NCBI GenBank assembly: GCA_965223795.1 | Contig: CBDCXL010000002.1 | Span: forward strand, 1,184,001 to 1,248,000 | Reading direction: 5' to 3' | Origin: Nitrospinales bacterium | Lineage (GTDB): Bacteria; Nitrospinota; Nitrospinia; Nitrospinales; VA-1 | Length of the DNA: 64,000 bases | Shown: positions 37,540-47,055 of the stretch, piece by piece | Layout: each line of letters begins with the position of its first letter | Numbering within the stretch: position 1 is the stretch's first letter | Program-made: the position numbers and the translations under genes | Notes under the pieces: generated by a model | Databases searched by the model: none | The model's input: the letters and a program-made list of their open reading frames with translations, nothing else | Told to the model about the DNA's origin: nothing

Positions 37540-37620
37540 TTGGATATTTGGATCTTGACATCCAATTATACAGAACCTATACTGAAAACACAATTTAGAT
37601 ATTTAGATATATTTATCCTA
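37540..37620 (+). promoter_or_regulatory. Sigma70 promoter of ric with two similar putative Rrf2 operators
   Basis: TTGACA(37555)-N17-TATACT(37578); sites TTGGATATTTGGATCTTGACATCCAA and TTAGATATTTAGATATATTTATCCTA. Confidence 0.7.
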
Positions 37621-37672
37621 TTTATGCAAATCAAACCCAACCAATTTAATTGAAAGGGTTTAGGAGGCTTTC

Positions 37673-38374
37673 ATGAATCACACAGAGCTGACACCGGATC
37701 ATTCGGTCGATGATTTTCTCAAACAGGACATGCACTATGCCGCGGTCTTCGAAGAACTGGGCATCGACGCCTGCTGCGGCGGGCACAAATCGCTGGCGCT
37801 GGCCTGCGGCGAAAAGGGGCTGGACGTTGACGAGGTCCTCAAGCGTTTGCAGCCGATGGAGGACAACACAGATACGGAATCGTTCGATGCGCATGCAGCC
37901 GGCGCCGCGGAACTGGCCGATCACATCGAGGCCATCCATCACACGTATCTGAAAGAGGCTCTGCCCCGGCTGACGGCCCTGATCGAAAAAGTGATCCAGG
38001 CGCATGCGCCGCGGCATCCGGAACTGGTCGATCTGGGAAAAACGTTCGCCGCTCTGCGCGCCGATCTGGAACCGCACATGCAAAAGGAAGAACGCGTGCT
38101 GTTCCCCATGATCCGCAACCGGGAAAACCCGGCGGCGAACGGCGGCGCGTTCCCGGCTACGCTGGCGGCTCCCATCCGCGTCATGCGCGCGGAGCACGAC
38201 CGCACGGTGCAGTTGCAAACACAAATCCGCGAGCTGACTCAGGAATTTTCGGTTCCCGCCGACGCCTGCGCGAGTTACGAACGGTTGATGCGCGATCTCA
38301 AGCTACTGGATGCGGATCTCACGACGCACATCCACAAAGAGAACGACATCCTGTTCGCCAAACTGTCGCATTGA
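37673..38374 (+). CDS. ric: Iron-sulfur cluster repair di-iron protein (Ric/YtfE/ScdA)
   Basis: GIDACCGG, HH.YL, HMQKEERVLFP, MRAEHD and HIHKEN.ILF motifs. Confidence 0.95.
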   Translation: MNHTELTPDHSVDDFLKQDMHYAAVFEELGIDACCGGHKSLALACGEKGLDVDEVLKRLQPMEDNTDTESFDAHAAGAAELADHIEAIHHTYLKEALPRLTALIEKVIQAHAPRHPELVDLGKTFAALRADLEPHMQKEERVLFPMIRNRENPAANGGAFPATLAAPIRVMRAEHDRTVQLQTQIRELTQEFSVPADACASYERLMRDLKLLDADLTTHIHKENDILFAKLSH

Positions 38375-38437
38375 ACGAGGGCGTCAACGCAAAGTTGTTG
38401 CGGCTGTGAGTGCCTTTGGGAATGTGCGGGATTGCCG

Positions 38438-39190
38438 TCACACCTGAATTTGCATCAGGTCCTCGGCGAGGATGAGTTCGCCGGTGTATTCCTTGCGCAC
38501 GACGGCTTCAAACTGAGCCAGGTCACAGGGCGGGTAAAAATGCGTGAGGCACAGCTTTCTGCAGCCGGAGGCGCGGGCGATCTGCGCGGCGGGCGTGGGC
38601 GAAAGGTGGCCGTCGAATTTTTTCTCATCGGGCATGACGCAGTTGAGCACCAGAAGATCGGCGTCCTTTCCCAGTTCGACGAGCGATTCGCAGGTGTCCG
38701 AATCGCCGGCGATCGCGAGAATTTTTCCACCGCCGCTGGTGAACCGGTAGCCGCGGCTGATGGGCAGGTGCTTCACTTTGCGGGTCGTCACCTCAAGTCC
38801 GCCGTAGCTGCGCGACGCTTCGTCCTGCTCGTGGACCTGAATGGAGAAGTGTTTCGAGTCGAGCCAGCCCTGGTAAGCCTTGCGCAGCCCGTCGAAGTAA
38901 TCCTTGAATCCGGGACCGGCGACGATGTCGAGATCCTTTTTGCGCGGGTCCTCGGGATAGCGGCAGGCGAACAGAAACGCGACCAGATCGTACATGTGGT
39001 CCGGGTGGATGTGGGTGAAGTAGATGCGGTCGATGTCGTGGTAGGTGATCCCCAGCCGCAGCAACTGGTGCAGCGCGCCGTAGCCGAAATCGACGAGCGA
39101 GCGCGCGTTTCCGTCCTCGATGAGCAGCGCGCTGGAATGGCGCTTCAGCGAGGGGACCATCGTCCCGGTGCCGAGAAGGGTGAGTTTCAT
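38438..39190 (-). CDS. MBL-fold metallo-hydrolase (RNase Z-like)
   Basis: LLGTG, THIHPDH, AGDS and LTHF motifs. Confidence 0.9.
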   Translation of the reverse strand: MKLTLLGTGTMVPSLKRHSSALLIEDGNARSLVDFGYGALHQLLRLGITYHDIDRIYFTHIHPDHMYDLVAFLFACRYPEDPRKKDLDIVAGPGFKDYFDGLRKAYQGWLDSKHFSIQVHEQDEASRSYGGLEVTTRKVKHLPISRGYRFTSGGGKILAIAGDSDTCESLVELGKDADLLVLNCVMPDEKKFDGHLSPTPAAQIARASGCRKLCLTHFYPPCDLAQFEAVVRKEYTGELILAEDLMQIQV

Positions 39191-39253
39191 TTCAGGGTCT
39201 GAAGATGCGGCCGTGAACGGTGCGTTCGATTTTTTTGCGCCGAAGTTCGGGTA

Positions 39254-39520
39254 TCAATAGGACGCCTTGATCGCTTCCAGCACCGGGCCTTCCAGCGTGC
39301 CCCATTTCGCTTCGGGCTTTTTGTTGACGGTGACGAAATCGGCCATCAAAAACACCTGATCGACGCCGTCCAGGGCGAACAGGGCCTTGGCCACTTTCGA
39401 CTCCTCCGCTTCCTGGGCGTTCTTGTAAGTCTTGTGCCCGGACTCGATGGCCGGGCAGCTCAGCGTGTACTTCATCGCGTGTTCGTTCGGGGTGGTGGAT
39501 ACCGTCACTTCGACTGCCAT
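39254..39520 (-). CDS. Stand-alone Nfu_N (scaffold N-terminal) domain protein
   Basis: TPNEHAMKY; LF.LDGV..VF...DFVTVNK...W. Confidence 0.88.
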   Translation of the reverse strand: MAVEVTVSTTPNEHAMKYTLSCPAIESGHKTYKNAQEAEESKVAKALFALDGVDQVFLMADFVTVNKKPEAKWGTLEGPVLEAIKASY

Positions 39521-39565
39521 TCTTTTCCTCCCTATTGCTGCGTTTGCGGTTGTTTGTACGTTGGT

Positions 39566-40762
39566 CTACTCCCGGTTCGCGGGGCTCGGCCGGAAAATGC
39601 CGAAGGAGCTGGTGTAGCCGTGCAGAAAGGTGGTGTCGCCCACCGGCCCGATCTCGCCGTTGCAGAAAAACCCGCCCAGCGGAATCGACCCCAGCCGGTC
39701 CCTGAACAGGTCGGTGTCGTGGTTGGGTTTGCCGTACAGGTACTGCCCCCGGCCCAGGCAGGAGAACAACAGCGCGCCGCAGGCGTCGTCGGCACGGCCG
39801 CCCTGGTTGTAACGGGTCAGCATCAGGTCCAGGTCCTCGGCGGACATCTTTTTGTCGCGCAGGTGAAACTGCACGAGCTGGCCTTCGCGCAGCATCGAGC
39901 CGATGGCCAGCGCGCCGGTCTCCCGTTCCACGCCCATGAGATTGCGGATGAGAAAATCGCCCTGCTTGGGCTCGTCGTTCAAGGGATTCATCTCGATGCC
40001 GAGAAACAGCGACGTGCGCATGAGGCCGCGGTCGTGCTCGTCCAAGGATTCGTTGATCTCCTGCAGCACTTCGAGCGGCGGGCTGCCTTCCAGCTCCTTG
40101 AGCATGGTCTGGTGGCATTTGGTGATCTTGAGCGGCTTGCCGATCGGGCGGCAGCCCTGGGCGACGATGGTGTCCACTTCGATGTTGCCGCTCAGGGCGA
40201 CGCCGACCAGGCCCTGGCCATACACCCTGTCCTCCAGATAGAGGGCGTTGCCGCCCTGGGACTGGGCGCCGCTGGCGAGCCCGCCCACTTTGCGGCTGCC
40301 CGGATAGGCGAAATCGATGCCGGAAAGAAACTCCTCGCCGCGAAAGGAAAACGGATCGGCGAGAAAAATGAAATGCAGCGGTTTCTCCACCGGAACGCCG
40401 AGCCATTCCCGCCACACGCCGGGTCCGGTGTCCTGATCGGGCAGGTCCATGGTGTTCGAATAGATCGGCCGGATGTTCACATCGGGCAGGTGCGCCGAGG
40501 TGATGCTGAAGGCCGGGTTCTGCTCCACTTCCTGACCGCCGCCGATGATGCCGCCGCCGGAGCAGCCGATCAGAATGCCGGGATCCATTTTGTCACGGAT
40601 CAGATTGGGAATATCCCGGTAGCGTTCTTTATGATTGGGTGAAACGAAGATGACGGTCAGGTGCGGGGTCTTGCCTTCCAGGTTTTCCTTTATGGTCTGC
40701 GTGGTTTCCGCAACGCAGTTCTCTATATTTTCATGGGTGGATATGGTCGAAGCCCATTTCAT
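39566..40762 (-). CDS. FIST-domain protein (FIST_N plus FIST_C)
   Basis: GCSGGGIIG, GGLAS, VAQGCRPIG, LFSCLGRG and GFFCNGEIGP..LHGYT motifs. Confidence 0.93.
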   Translation of the reverse strand: MKWASTISTHENIENCVAETTQTIKENLEGKTPHLTVIFVSPNHKERYRDIPNLIRDKMDPGILIGCSGGGIIGGGQEVEQNPAFSITSAHLPDVNIRPIYSNTMDLPDQDTGPGVWREWLGVPVEKPLHFIFLADPFSFRGEEFLSGIDFAYPGSRKVGGLASGAQSQGGNALYLEDRVYGQGLVGVALSGNIEVDTIVAQGCRPIGKPLKITKCHQTMLKELEGSPPLEVLQEINESLDEHDRGLMRTSLFLGIEMNPLNDEPKQGDFLIRNLMGVERETGALAIGSMLREGQLVQFHLRDKKMSAEDLDLMLTRYNQGGRADDACGALLFSCLGRGQYLYGKPNHDTDLFRDRLGSIPLGGFFCNGEIGPVGDTTFLHGYTSSFGIFRPSPANRE

Positions 40763-40801
40763 GGATCGCTCCTTAAAGTTCTCCCCCAATGCGGAGGAAG
40801 G

Positions 40802-42229
40802 TCAAACGACGGTGGCCGGTTCGCCGATCAGGTGATTGAGGATCGACTCGGCGGTCCGGGTTCCGTTTTGAATGCAATCGGGAATGCCGATTCCCGTGTA
40901 GGCGCTGCCGGTGAGAAACAGTCCGGGCGCGGCGCTGAGCGCGCTATGCACCGACTCGATCAACGCGGCGTGGCCCACCTGATACTGCACGTTGGATTTC
41001 TTGTTGTGAAACACCTTCACGAATTCCGGTGTCTCGGTGATGCCCATGATGTCTTGCAGGTCCTGCTTCACCAGGGCGGCGATGGCATCCTTGTCCTGTT
41101 CCGCGACCGCCTCCTGAAGCGCGCCGCCGAGATAGCAGCGCAGCATGACGTGGTCCTCGGGAGCGCGGTGGGGAAACTTGGAGGACGTCCAGGTGCAGGC
41201 GAGGATGCTTTTGTTTTCGTTTTTGGGCACGACGAAACCGAATCCGTTCAAAGGATGCGAAAATCCCTCACGCTTGTAAGCCAGGGTGACGGTGGCGGTG
41301 GACACGTAGCGGATCTTTTTGAGCCGTTCCGCTGCGTCCGGCGCGACCGACTCGATGAGGCGCGCGGTGATGTTGGCGGGCGTCGCGAACACGACGCCGT
41401 CCGCTTCCAGCGATGGGCCGGATTGCCGCTCGATGCGCCAGCCGGATTCCGTCTGCGCAACTGCGGTGACGGTCTCGCCGGTTTGAAACGCGATGCCGGG
41501 GCATCGTTCCACGGCTGCATCGACCATTTCATTCAGCCCTGATTTCAGCGTCATGAACAATGAAAGCGGCCTGCCTTTGGGTTTCGGGCGCGACAACATC
41601 TGGCGCTTGCGGTCCAGCATGCCGAGGATGAGCGAGCGGTATTTGCGCTCGGTCTCGACGAACATGGGGAAGGTGCTCTGGATGCTCATCACCTCCGGAT
41701 CGCTGGCGTAGATGCCGGCCAGCATCGGCTCGGCCATCTTGCGCAGGGCCTCTTCGCCCATGCGCCGGCGCACGAAGGACGCGAGGCTTTCGTCGCCGTT
41801 ATCGGGTTTTCTCGGGATGACGAGATCCATCCCCATGCGCAGCTTGCCGGGCAGGCTGAACAGAGGCGTCAGCATGAAGGGCAGAAATTTTGTCGGGATC
41901 ATCAGGCTCAACCCGTCGGGCATGGTGACGAGCTTGTTGCCGGTGTAGACGTAGGTGGCGGTCTGGTCCGGATTGGTGCCGACCAGCCGCTCTTCCAGCC
42001 CCAGCCGCTTGCAGAACTGGATGGCGGCGGGTTTCTGGGAGATGAACGAGTCCGGCCCGCGCTCGACCACGAACCCGTCGAAGCGCTCGGTGGCGATCTT
42101 GCCGCCGAACGCATCCGAGGCTTCCAGCAGCGAGCATTCCAGGGGCGCGCCCTGGGCGATGGCCTCCTGAATGCGGTGGGCCGCGGCGAGACCGGCGATC
42201 CCGCCTCCGATGATGATGATTTTTTTCAT
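40802..42229 (-). CDS. hemY: HemY-type (copro)protoporphyrinogen oxidase
   Basis: GGGIAGLAAA, GGKI.T, ERGPDSF, GFGFVVP, SSKFPHRAP and GIGIPDCI motifs. Confidence 0.93.
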   Translation of the reverse strand: MKKIIIIGGGIAGLAAAHRIQEAIAQGAPLECSLLEASDAFGGKIATERFDGFVVERGPDSFISQKPAAIQFCKRLGLEERLVGTNPDQTATYVYTGNKLVTMPDGLSLMIPTKFLPFMLTPLFSLPGKLRMGMDLVIPRKPDNGDESLASFVRRRMGEEALRKMAEPMLAGIYASDPEVMSIQSTFPMFVETERKYRSLILGMLDRKRQMLSRPKPKGRPLSLFMTLKSGLNEMVDAAVERCPGIAFQTGETVTAVAQTESGWRIERQSGPSLEADGVVFATPANITARLIESVAPDAAERLKKIRYVSTATVTLAYKREGFSHPLNGFGFVVPKNENKSILACTWTSSKFPHRAPEDHVMLRCYLGGALQEAVAEQDKDAIAALVKQDLQDIMGITETPEFVKVFHNKKSNVQYQVGHAALIESVHSALSAAPGLFLTGSAYTGIGIPDCIQNGTRTAESILNHLIGEPATVV

Positions 42230-42351
42230 GCGCTTATTATGTCAGTTTTGCCAGAACGGTGCAAACGGCAGCGAAATTTATCGCAGACGTGAACCTTTGC
42301 GTTCGAATCGCCTGCGCTGTGCTTGCGTTCCGTCAGATCCGCAATCCAGTT

Positions 42352-43584
42352 TCAAAGGGAAACCGGGATCCTGCCGCCGGCCACTTTGCGGCCTGCGGAG
42401 TAGGTGGCGGCGACGAAATTTTCGCCGAAGTAATAAAACAGATCGCGGTGATCGCTGGTGTTGAGGACGATGAAATCCGCCCGCTGTCCCGGCATGAGCC
42501 CGCCGTACGCCTCATGCGCCGCGAGTGCGCGGGCGGAGCCGGAGGTGGCGGCGGCGATGGCCTGATCGGGCGTCATGCGGTACAGGAAAAACGCCTGGTT
42601 GAGCACGGTCTGCATGTTGTAGGAGGGACAGCTTCCGGGGTTGCAGTCGGTGGCGAGCGCCAGCGGCACGCCCGCTTCCATGAGGGCGCGCACGGGCGGC
42701 AGCTTGCCGCCGCCGAGGAAGGAGGTGACGCCCGGCATGAGCACGCCGACGGTGCCGGCGAGTTTCATGGCGCGGATGTCGCGCGGGCGGATGTGCTCGA
42801 GGTGATCGCAGGACACGGCGCCGTGACGCGCCGCCTGGTAGCAGCCGCCCTGGTGCGACAGCTCCTCGACGTGGGCGCGCAGCTGGCGGAAGCCGAGCAG
42901 CCTGGCCTGCGCGAACAGGCGCATGAGCTGGGTGACGGAGAACACGCCGCGTTCGCAGAAGATGTCGACGCCGTCGGCGAGGCCGCAGAATTCGGGCAGC
43001 GTGTCCATCACCGATTCGAAGTAGCGGCTCGCGGTCTGTCCGGGCGGCACGGCGTGCGCGCCGAGATAGGTGAGGGTCACCGGAACGCGCAGGCTTTGCT
43101 TCAGCCGCTTGCCCACGCGCAGCATTTTTTTTTCGGTGTTGAGGTCGAGCCCGTAGCCGGACTTGATCTCGAACGCCGTCGTCCCCAGCGCCAGCATGCG
43201 GCGCATGCGCTGCCTGGCGGACTCGAACAGCGCATCCTCGCTGGCCTTGCGCGTCGCCTTCACGGTGCTTAAGATGCCGCCGCCGTTTTTCAGGATTTCC
43301 AGATAGCTGTCGCCCGCGGCGCGCTGTTCCATCTCGTCCTTGCGTTCGCCCGCGTAGATGAGGTGGGTGTGGCAGTCCACCAGACCGGGCATCACCGCGC
43401 GGCCGTCGAGATCGATGGCTTTGGAATAATCGGACGGTTTGAGGCCGGATTCGGCGACCACCTTGTCCACTTTCCCGCCTTTAACGATGAGGGCGCAGCG
43501 GCGGCGCGCGCGCATGCGCGGCGGCGGACCGGGCTCCACCTGGATCAACTCGCCGATGTTGTGAAAGCAGAGGGATTTTTTCAT
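42352..43584 (-). CDS. hutI: Imidazolonepropionase
   Basis: PGLVDCHTH, GGGILSTV, EIKSGYGL, GAHA, DIFCE and ATDCNPG motifs. Confidence 0.95.
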   Translation of the reverse strand: MKKSLCFHNIGELIQVEPGPPPRMRARRRCALIVKGGKVDKVVAESGLKPSDYSKAIDLDGRAVMPGLVDCHTHLIYAGERKDEMEQRAAGDSYLEILKNGGGILSTVKATRKASEDALFESARQRMRRMLALGTTAFEIKSGYGLDLNTEKKMLRVGKRLKQSLRVPVTLTYLGAHAVPPGQTASRYFESVMDTLPEFCGLADGVDIFCERGVFSVTQLMRLFAQARLLGFRQLRAHVEELSHQGGCYQAARHGAVSCDHLEHIRPRDIRAMKLAGTVGVLMPGVTSFLGGGKLPPVRALMEAGVPLALATDCNPGSCPSYNMQTVLNQAFFLYRMTPDQAIAAATSGSARALAAHEAYGGLMPGQRADFIVLNTSDHRDLFYYFGENFVAATYSAGRKVAGGRIPVSL

Positions 43585-43644
43585 GGTGCGGGCGGGGCTC
43601 CTTTCGGTTTTGCGGCAGACACTCGTATAGAATCCGGTTCGTCC

Positions 43645-43668
43645 TGCTTCGACAGGCTCAGCATGACA
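43645..43668. repeat. REP-like element (single arm)
   Basis: TGCTTCGACAGGCTCAGCATGACA, identical to 49151-49174. Confidence 0.85.
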
Positions 43669-43692
43669 AAAAAAAATTCTGCTCGCGGCGGT

Positions 43693-45402
43693 TCAGCGCG
43701 GCAGGGGCACGCCGCGTTCGCGGGCGATCTGTTTCGCGTCGTCGTAGCCCGCATCGACGTGCCGCGCCACGCCCAGTCCGGGATCGTTGGTCAGCACCCG
43801 GTCCAGCCGTTCCTGTTTTTTACGGGTGCCGTCGGCGACGATCACCATGCCGGCGTGCAGGGAGTTGCCGATGCCCACGCCGCCGCCGTGGTGGAAGCTG
43901 ACCCAGCTCGCTCCCGACACCGCGTTGACGGCAAAGTTCAGCAGCGGCCAGTCGGCGACGGCGTCGCTGCCGTCGAGCATGGCTTCGGTCTCGCGGTTGG
44001 GCGAGGCGACGCTGCCGCAGTCCAGGTGGTCGCGACCGATGACGATCGGCGCGGCGACCTTGCCGGTCTTCACCAGGCGGTTCATCGCCCGTCCCAGCTT
44101 CGCACGCTCGCCGTAGCCCAGCCAGCACACGCGCGTGGGCAGGCCGAGGATGGGCACCTGCTTTTGCGCTTTTTCGATCCAGCGCCTGAGCGCGGGCTTT
44201 TCCGGAAAGGTGTCGAGCACCGCCTGATCCACCGCGAGCAGGTCCTTTTTTTTGCCGGAAAGCAGCGCCCAGCGGAACGGCCCCTGCCCTTCGCAAAACA
44301 GCGGCCGGATGTAGGCGACGACGAAGCCGGGATATTTAAAGCTGCCGTCCGCGTTGCGGATGTCGAGGCCGCCGAGTTCGGCCTGCCCTCTCAGGTTGTT
44401 GCCGTAATCGAACACCACGGCGCCCCGGTCCTGCAACTCCACCACCGCTTTCGCGTGTTCGACGGCGGTGGCGAGGGAGCGCTTCCTGTATTCATCCGGG
44501 TCCTTATCCTTAAGCTGCATGAGCGCATCGTAATCGCCGCCCTCGGGAACGTAGTCCATGAGGTTGTGGGCGGAGGTCTGGTCGGTGACGATGTCCGGGA
44601 CGCGGTTGCGTTGGAGCAGTTCCTTTGCGGCGGTGGCGCCGTTGGCCAGAAGCCCGACGCTGAGCGGCCGGTTTTCCGCAAGCCCGGCATCGATCCAGGC
44701 GAGCGCCTCATCGAGCGAGGCGGTGGATTTATCGAGATAACCTTCCTCCAGCCTGCGTTCGATCTGCGCCGGGTTCACTTCCGCCGCCAGCACGCAGGCC
44801 TCGTTCATGGTGCCGGCCAGCGGCTGCGCGGCGCCCATATTGCCCAGTCCCGCGGTATAGATCCATTTTCCCTGCAACGTCGCGGTGCCGAATTCCTTGT
44901 GACCGCAGGCGCCGAACGTCTCGTAGGTGCCCTGCAGGATGCCCTGGGTGCCGATGTAGATCCAGCTGCCGGCGGTCATCTGCCCGTACATCATGAGCCC
45001 CAGCCGGTCGAGTTCGTCGAAATGTTCCTGTGTCGCGTAAGCGGGAACGAGGTTGGAGTTGGCGATGATGACGCGCGGCGCGTCGGGATGGCTTTTGGCG
45101 ATGTAGACGGCTTTGCCCGATTGGACGCACAACGTCTCATCCCGCGTCAGCCGCTTGAGGGCGGCGACGATGCGGCGGTACTCCTTCCAGTTGCGCGCGG
45201 CGCGGCCTGTGCCGCCGTAGACGATGAGCTGTTTCCAGTCGAGGGACACGCGGTCGTCGAGGTTGTTGTTCAGCATCCTGAGCGCCGCTTCGCTGTCCCA
45301 GTCGCCGCACTGCAGGGTGAGCGCGGTGCGGGCGCGCGGCGCTTTCTTGGGGCAGTCCTGCATTTCCATGGGCCGGGATGTGGACGGCGCGTTGCGGTTC
45401 AT
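43693..45402 (-). CDS. hutU: Urocanate hydratase
   Basis: LIVYGGTG.AARNW, MYGQMTAGSW.YIG.QGI.QGT, TDQTSAH and RDHLD.GSVASP.RET motifs. Confidence 0.97.
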   Translation of the reverse strand: MNRNAPSTSRPMEMQDCPKKAPRARTALTLQCGDWDSEAALRMLNNNLDDRVSLDWKQLIVYGGTGRAARNWKEYRRIVAALKRLTRDETLCVQSGKAVYIAKSHPDAPRVIIANSNLVPAYATQEHFDELDRLGLMMYGQMTAGSWIYIGTQGILQGTYETFGACGHKEFGTATLQGKWIYTAGLGNMGAAQPLAGTMNEACVLAAEVNPAQIERRLEEGYLDKSTASLDEALAWIDAGLAENRPLSVGLLANGATAAKELLQRNRVPDIVTDQTSAHNLMDYVPEGGDYDALMQLKDKDPDEYRKRSLATAVEHAKAVVELQDRGAVVFDYGNNLRGQAELGGLDIRNADGSFKYPGFVVAYIRPLFCEGQGPFRWALLSGKKKDLLAVDQAVLDTFPEKPALRRWIEKAQKQVPILGLPTRVCWLGYGERAKLGRAMNRLVKTGKVAAPIVIGRDHLDCGSVASPNRETEAMLDGSDAVADWPLLNFAVNAVSGASWVSFHHGGGVGIGNSLHAGMVIVADGTRKKQERLDRVLTNDPGLGVARHVDAGYDDAKQIARERGVPLPR

Positions 45403-46316
45403 GACGATTTCTCCTTTCTCCGGGCGACGCCGAAACAGAAATAGTAGAACATCGCGGCGGCGAGACGGCCGGTGCGCTCCGCCTCGATGAGCGGATTGAA
45501 CTCGGAAAGATCGAACAGGGTCACGGCGGGATGGCGGCCTGAGGCGTGCGCGATCTCGACCGCCTGCTGGCCGGACAATCCGAGCACGCCCGGACAGGAA
45601 ACGCCGGGGGCGTCTGCGCCGGATACGGAATCGAGGTCGAAGCTGACAAAGACAAACGGGCACTGCCAGGCCAGGGTGCCGAGCGAGGCGGTGAACTGCC
45701 GGACCTCGGTGTCGCCGGACTGCAGCGCCCCGTACCAGAGGATGCGGCCGTTCTTGCTCTCAACGTATTGGCTGTGTTCGCGGCTGCACTGGCTGCCCTG
45801 GGCGGCGAACTCGATGAAGTTTTCCCCGTTGAAGCGCGCATCCTCAAGAAGCAGGCGGAACGGGGAACCGCTGTGCGCCTTTCCGTCTATGAGCGGCCGC
45901 ACGTCCAGATGGGCGTCCACGTTGATGACCCCGACCGGCTGGCCGGCGCTGAACTCGAGCAGCGCGGCGGCGTTGGGATAGGACTGGTCGTTGCCGCCGC
46001 CGACCACGAAGGGAACGCCGCCTTGTTTCAGGATCGACAATACGGTGCGGTTGAGTTCTTTGTGCGCCGCTTCCAGGGACAGGGACGCGGAAATGTCGCC
46101 GGCGTCGCTGATGGAGAGCGTTGTGAGGTCCACCGGCATCTCGGGGTTGGCGACGGCGCCGTGGCGCTTTATCCAGCCGCGGAACCGCTCCGGCCCGTTG
46201 CGGGCCCCGGCACGCCCGCCGTTTATGGAGACCCCGCTGTCGTGCGGGAACCCCAACAGCACCACATCGCCTCCCTCGCCGGGTGTCAATATGTCTCCCA
46301 GTTTGACGTCCCCCAT
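45399..46316 (-). CDS. hutG: Formimidoylglutamase (arginase family)
   Basis: D.GV..NGGR.GA..GP, GGGND, NVDAHLDVR, HSGSPF and DLD....APGVS motifs; coupled to hutU. Confidence 0.88.
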   Translation of the reverse strand: MGDVKLGDILTPGEGGDVVLLGFPHDSGVSINGGRAGARNGPERFRGWIKRHGAVANPEMPVDLTTLSISDAGDISASLSLEAAHKELNRTVLSILKQGGVPFVVGGGNDQSYPNAAALLEFSAGQPVGVINVDAHLDVRPLIDGKAHSGSPFRLLLEDARFNGENFIEFAAQGSQCSREHSQYVESKNGRILWYGALQSGDTEVRQFTASLGTLAWQCPFVFVSFDLDSVSGADAPGVSCPGVLGLSGQQAVEIAHASGRHPAVTLFDLSEFNPLIEAERTGRLAAAMFYYFCFGVARRKEKSS

Positions 46317-46563
46317 GCCCCTTATATAGGCCCTTGCGCGCGGTTTGTAAACCATCCGCATGGGGAAGCCCGCGGCGCGGCCATCCGGGCGGGGACTTCC
46401 GGGGCAAGAAACACGGCGGCGGATTCCAGGGCACTTTGCGGGACCGGCCGCTGCCGGATACGGAACGGGACCCGCAAAGGCTTGTGCGCGCGGGTTGATT
46501 TTGCTATATTCTGATGTTCACGAAATCAACCCTCAAATCCATTCACTGCAAGGAGAACCCCCG

Positions 46564-46971
46564 ATGTCCGCAGCCGCAGAAGCGCTGAGAAAAGCCATCG
46601 AACATGAAAAGCAGGCTCTGGAACGTTACAAGGAAGCCATCAATTGTTCCTCGAACGAGGAAACCCGGGAGTCGCTGAAAAAAATCGCCACGGAAAAGAA
46701 CCAGACGATCGATTCGCTCCACTGGATGGCGCTGGCGGAAGCCGGACAGCTGGAAACCGAAGCGGGAGCGGAACCCAAGGAAGAAGCCGCACAAAGCTCC
46801 GCGAGCAAATGCCCGTTCTCCGGCGCGCTGAAAGAAATGGGCGTCGACATCACCAAGATGGGCGAAATGTCCAAGGAAGACATGAATAAGATGATGGGCG
46901 GCATGTCGCGCGAAGAAATGGCCAAGATGATGGGCCTGGGCGACGGCAATTCCAATTCTTCCTCCAGCTGA
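46564..46971 (+). CDS. Hypothetical protein: ferritin/rubrerythrin-like helical N-terminus, CPF motif, Met-rich tail
   Basis: AAGGAG RBS; ALRKAIEHEKQALERY; KCPF; MGEMSKEDMNKMMGGMSREEMAKMMG. Confidence 0.8.
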   Translation: MSAAAEALRKAIEHEKQALERYKEAINCSSNEETRESLKKIATEKNQTIDSLHWMALAEAGQLETEAGAEPKEEAAQSSASKCPFSGALKEMGVDITKMGEMSKEDMNKMMGGMSREEMAKMMGLGDGNSNSSSS

Positions 46972-47055
46972 CCCATCGGCGGTTTGCACCCGGGGCCCGA
47001 GCGGGCCCCGCCTGAACCGCGCGTCTTTCCGGTTCAGCGGACCCTCAGGCTCGTT

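Noticed and set aside
43363..45444. Long antisense ORFs (for example 43363-45444, 57423-59219, 22321-23754, 60786-62117)
   Set aside because: They are shadows of well-supported opposite-strand genes, as expected in high-GC DNA.
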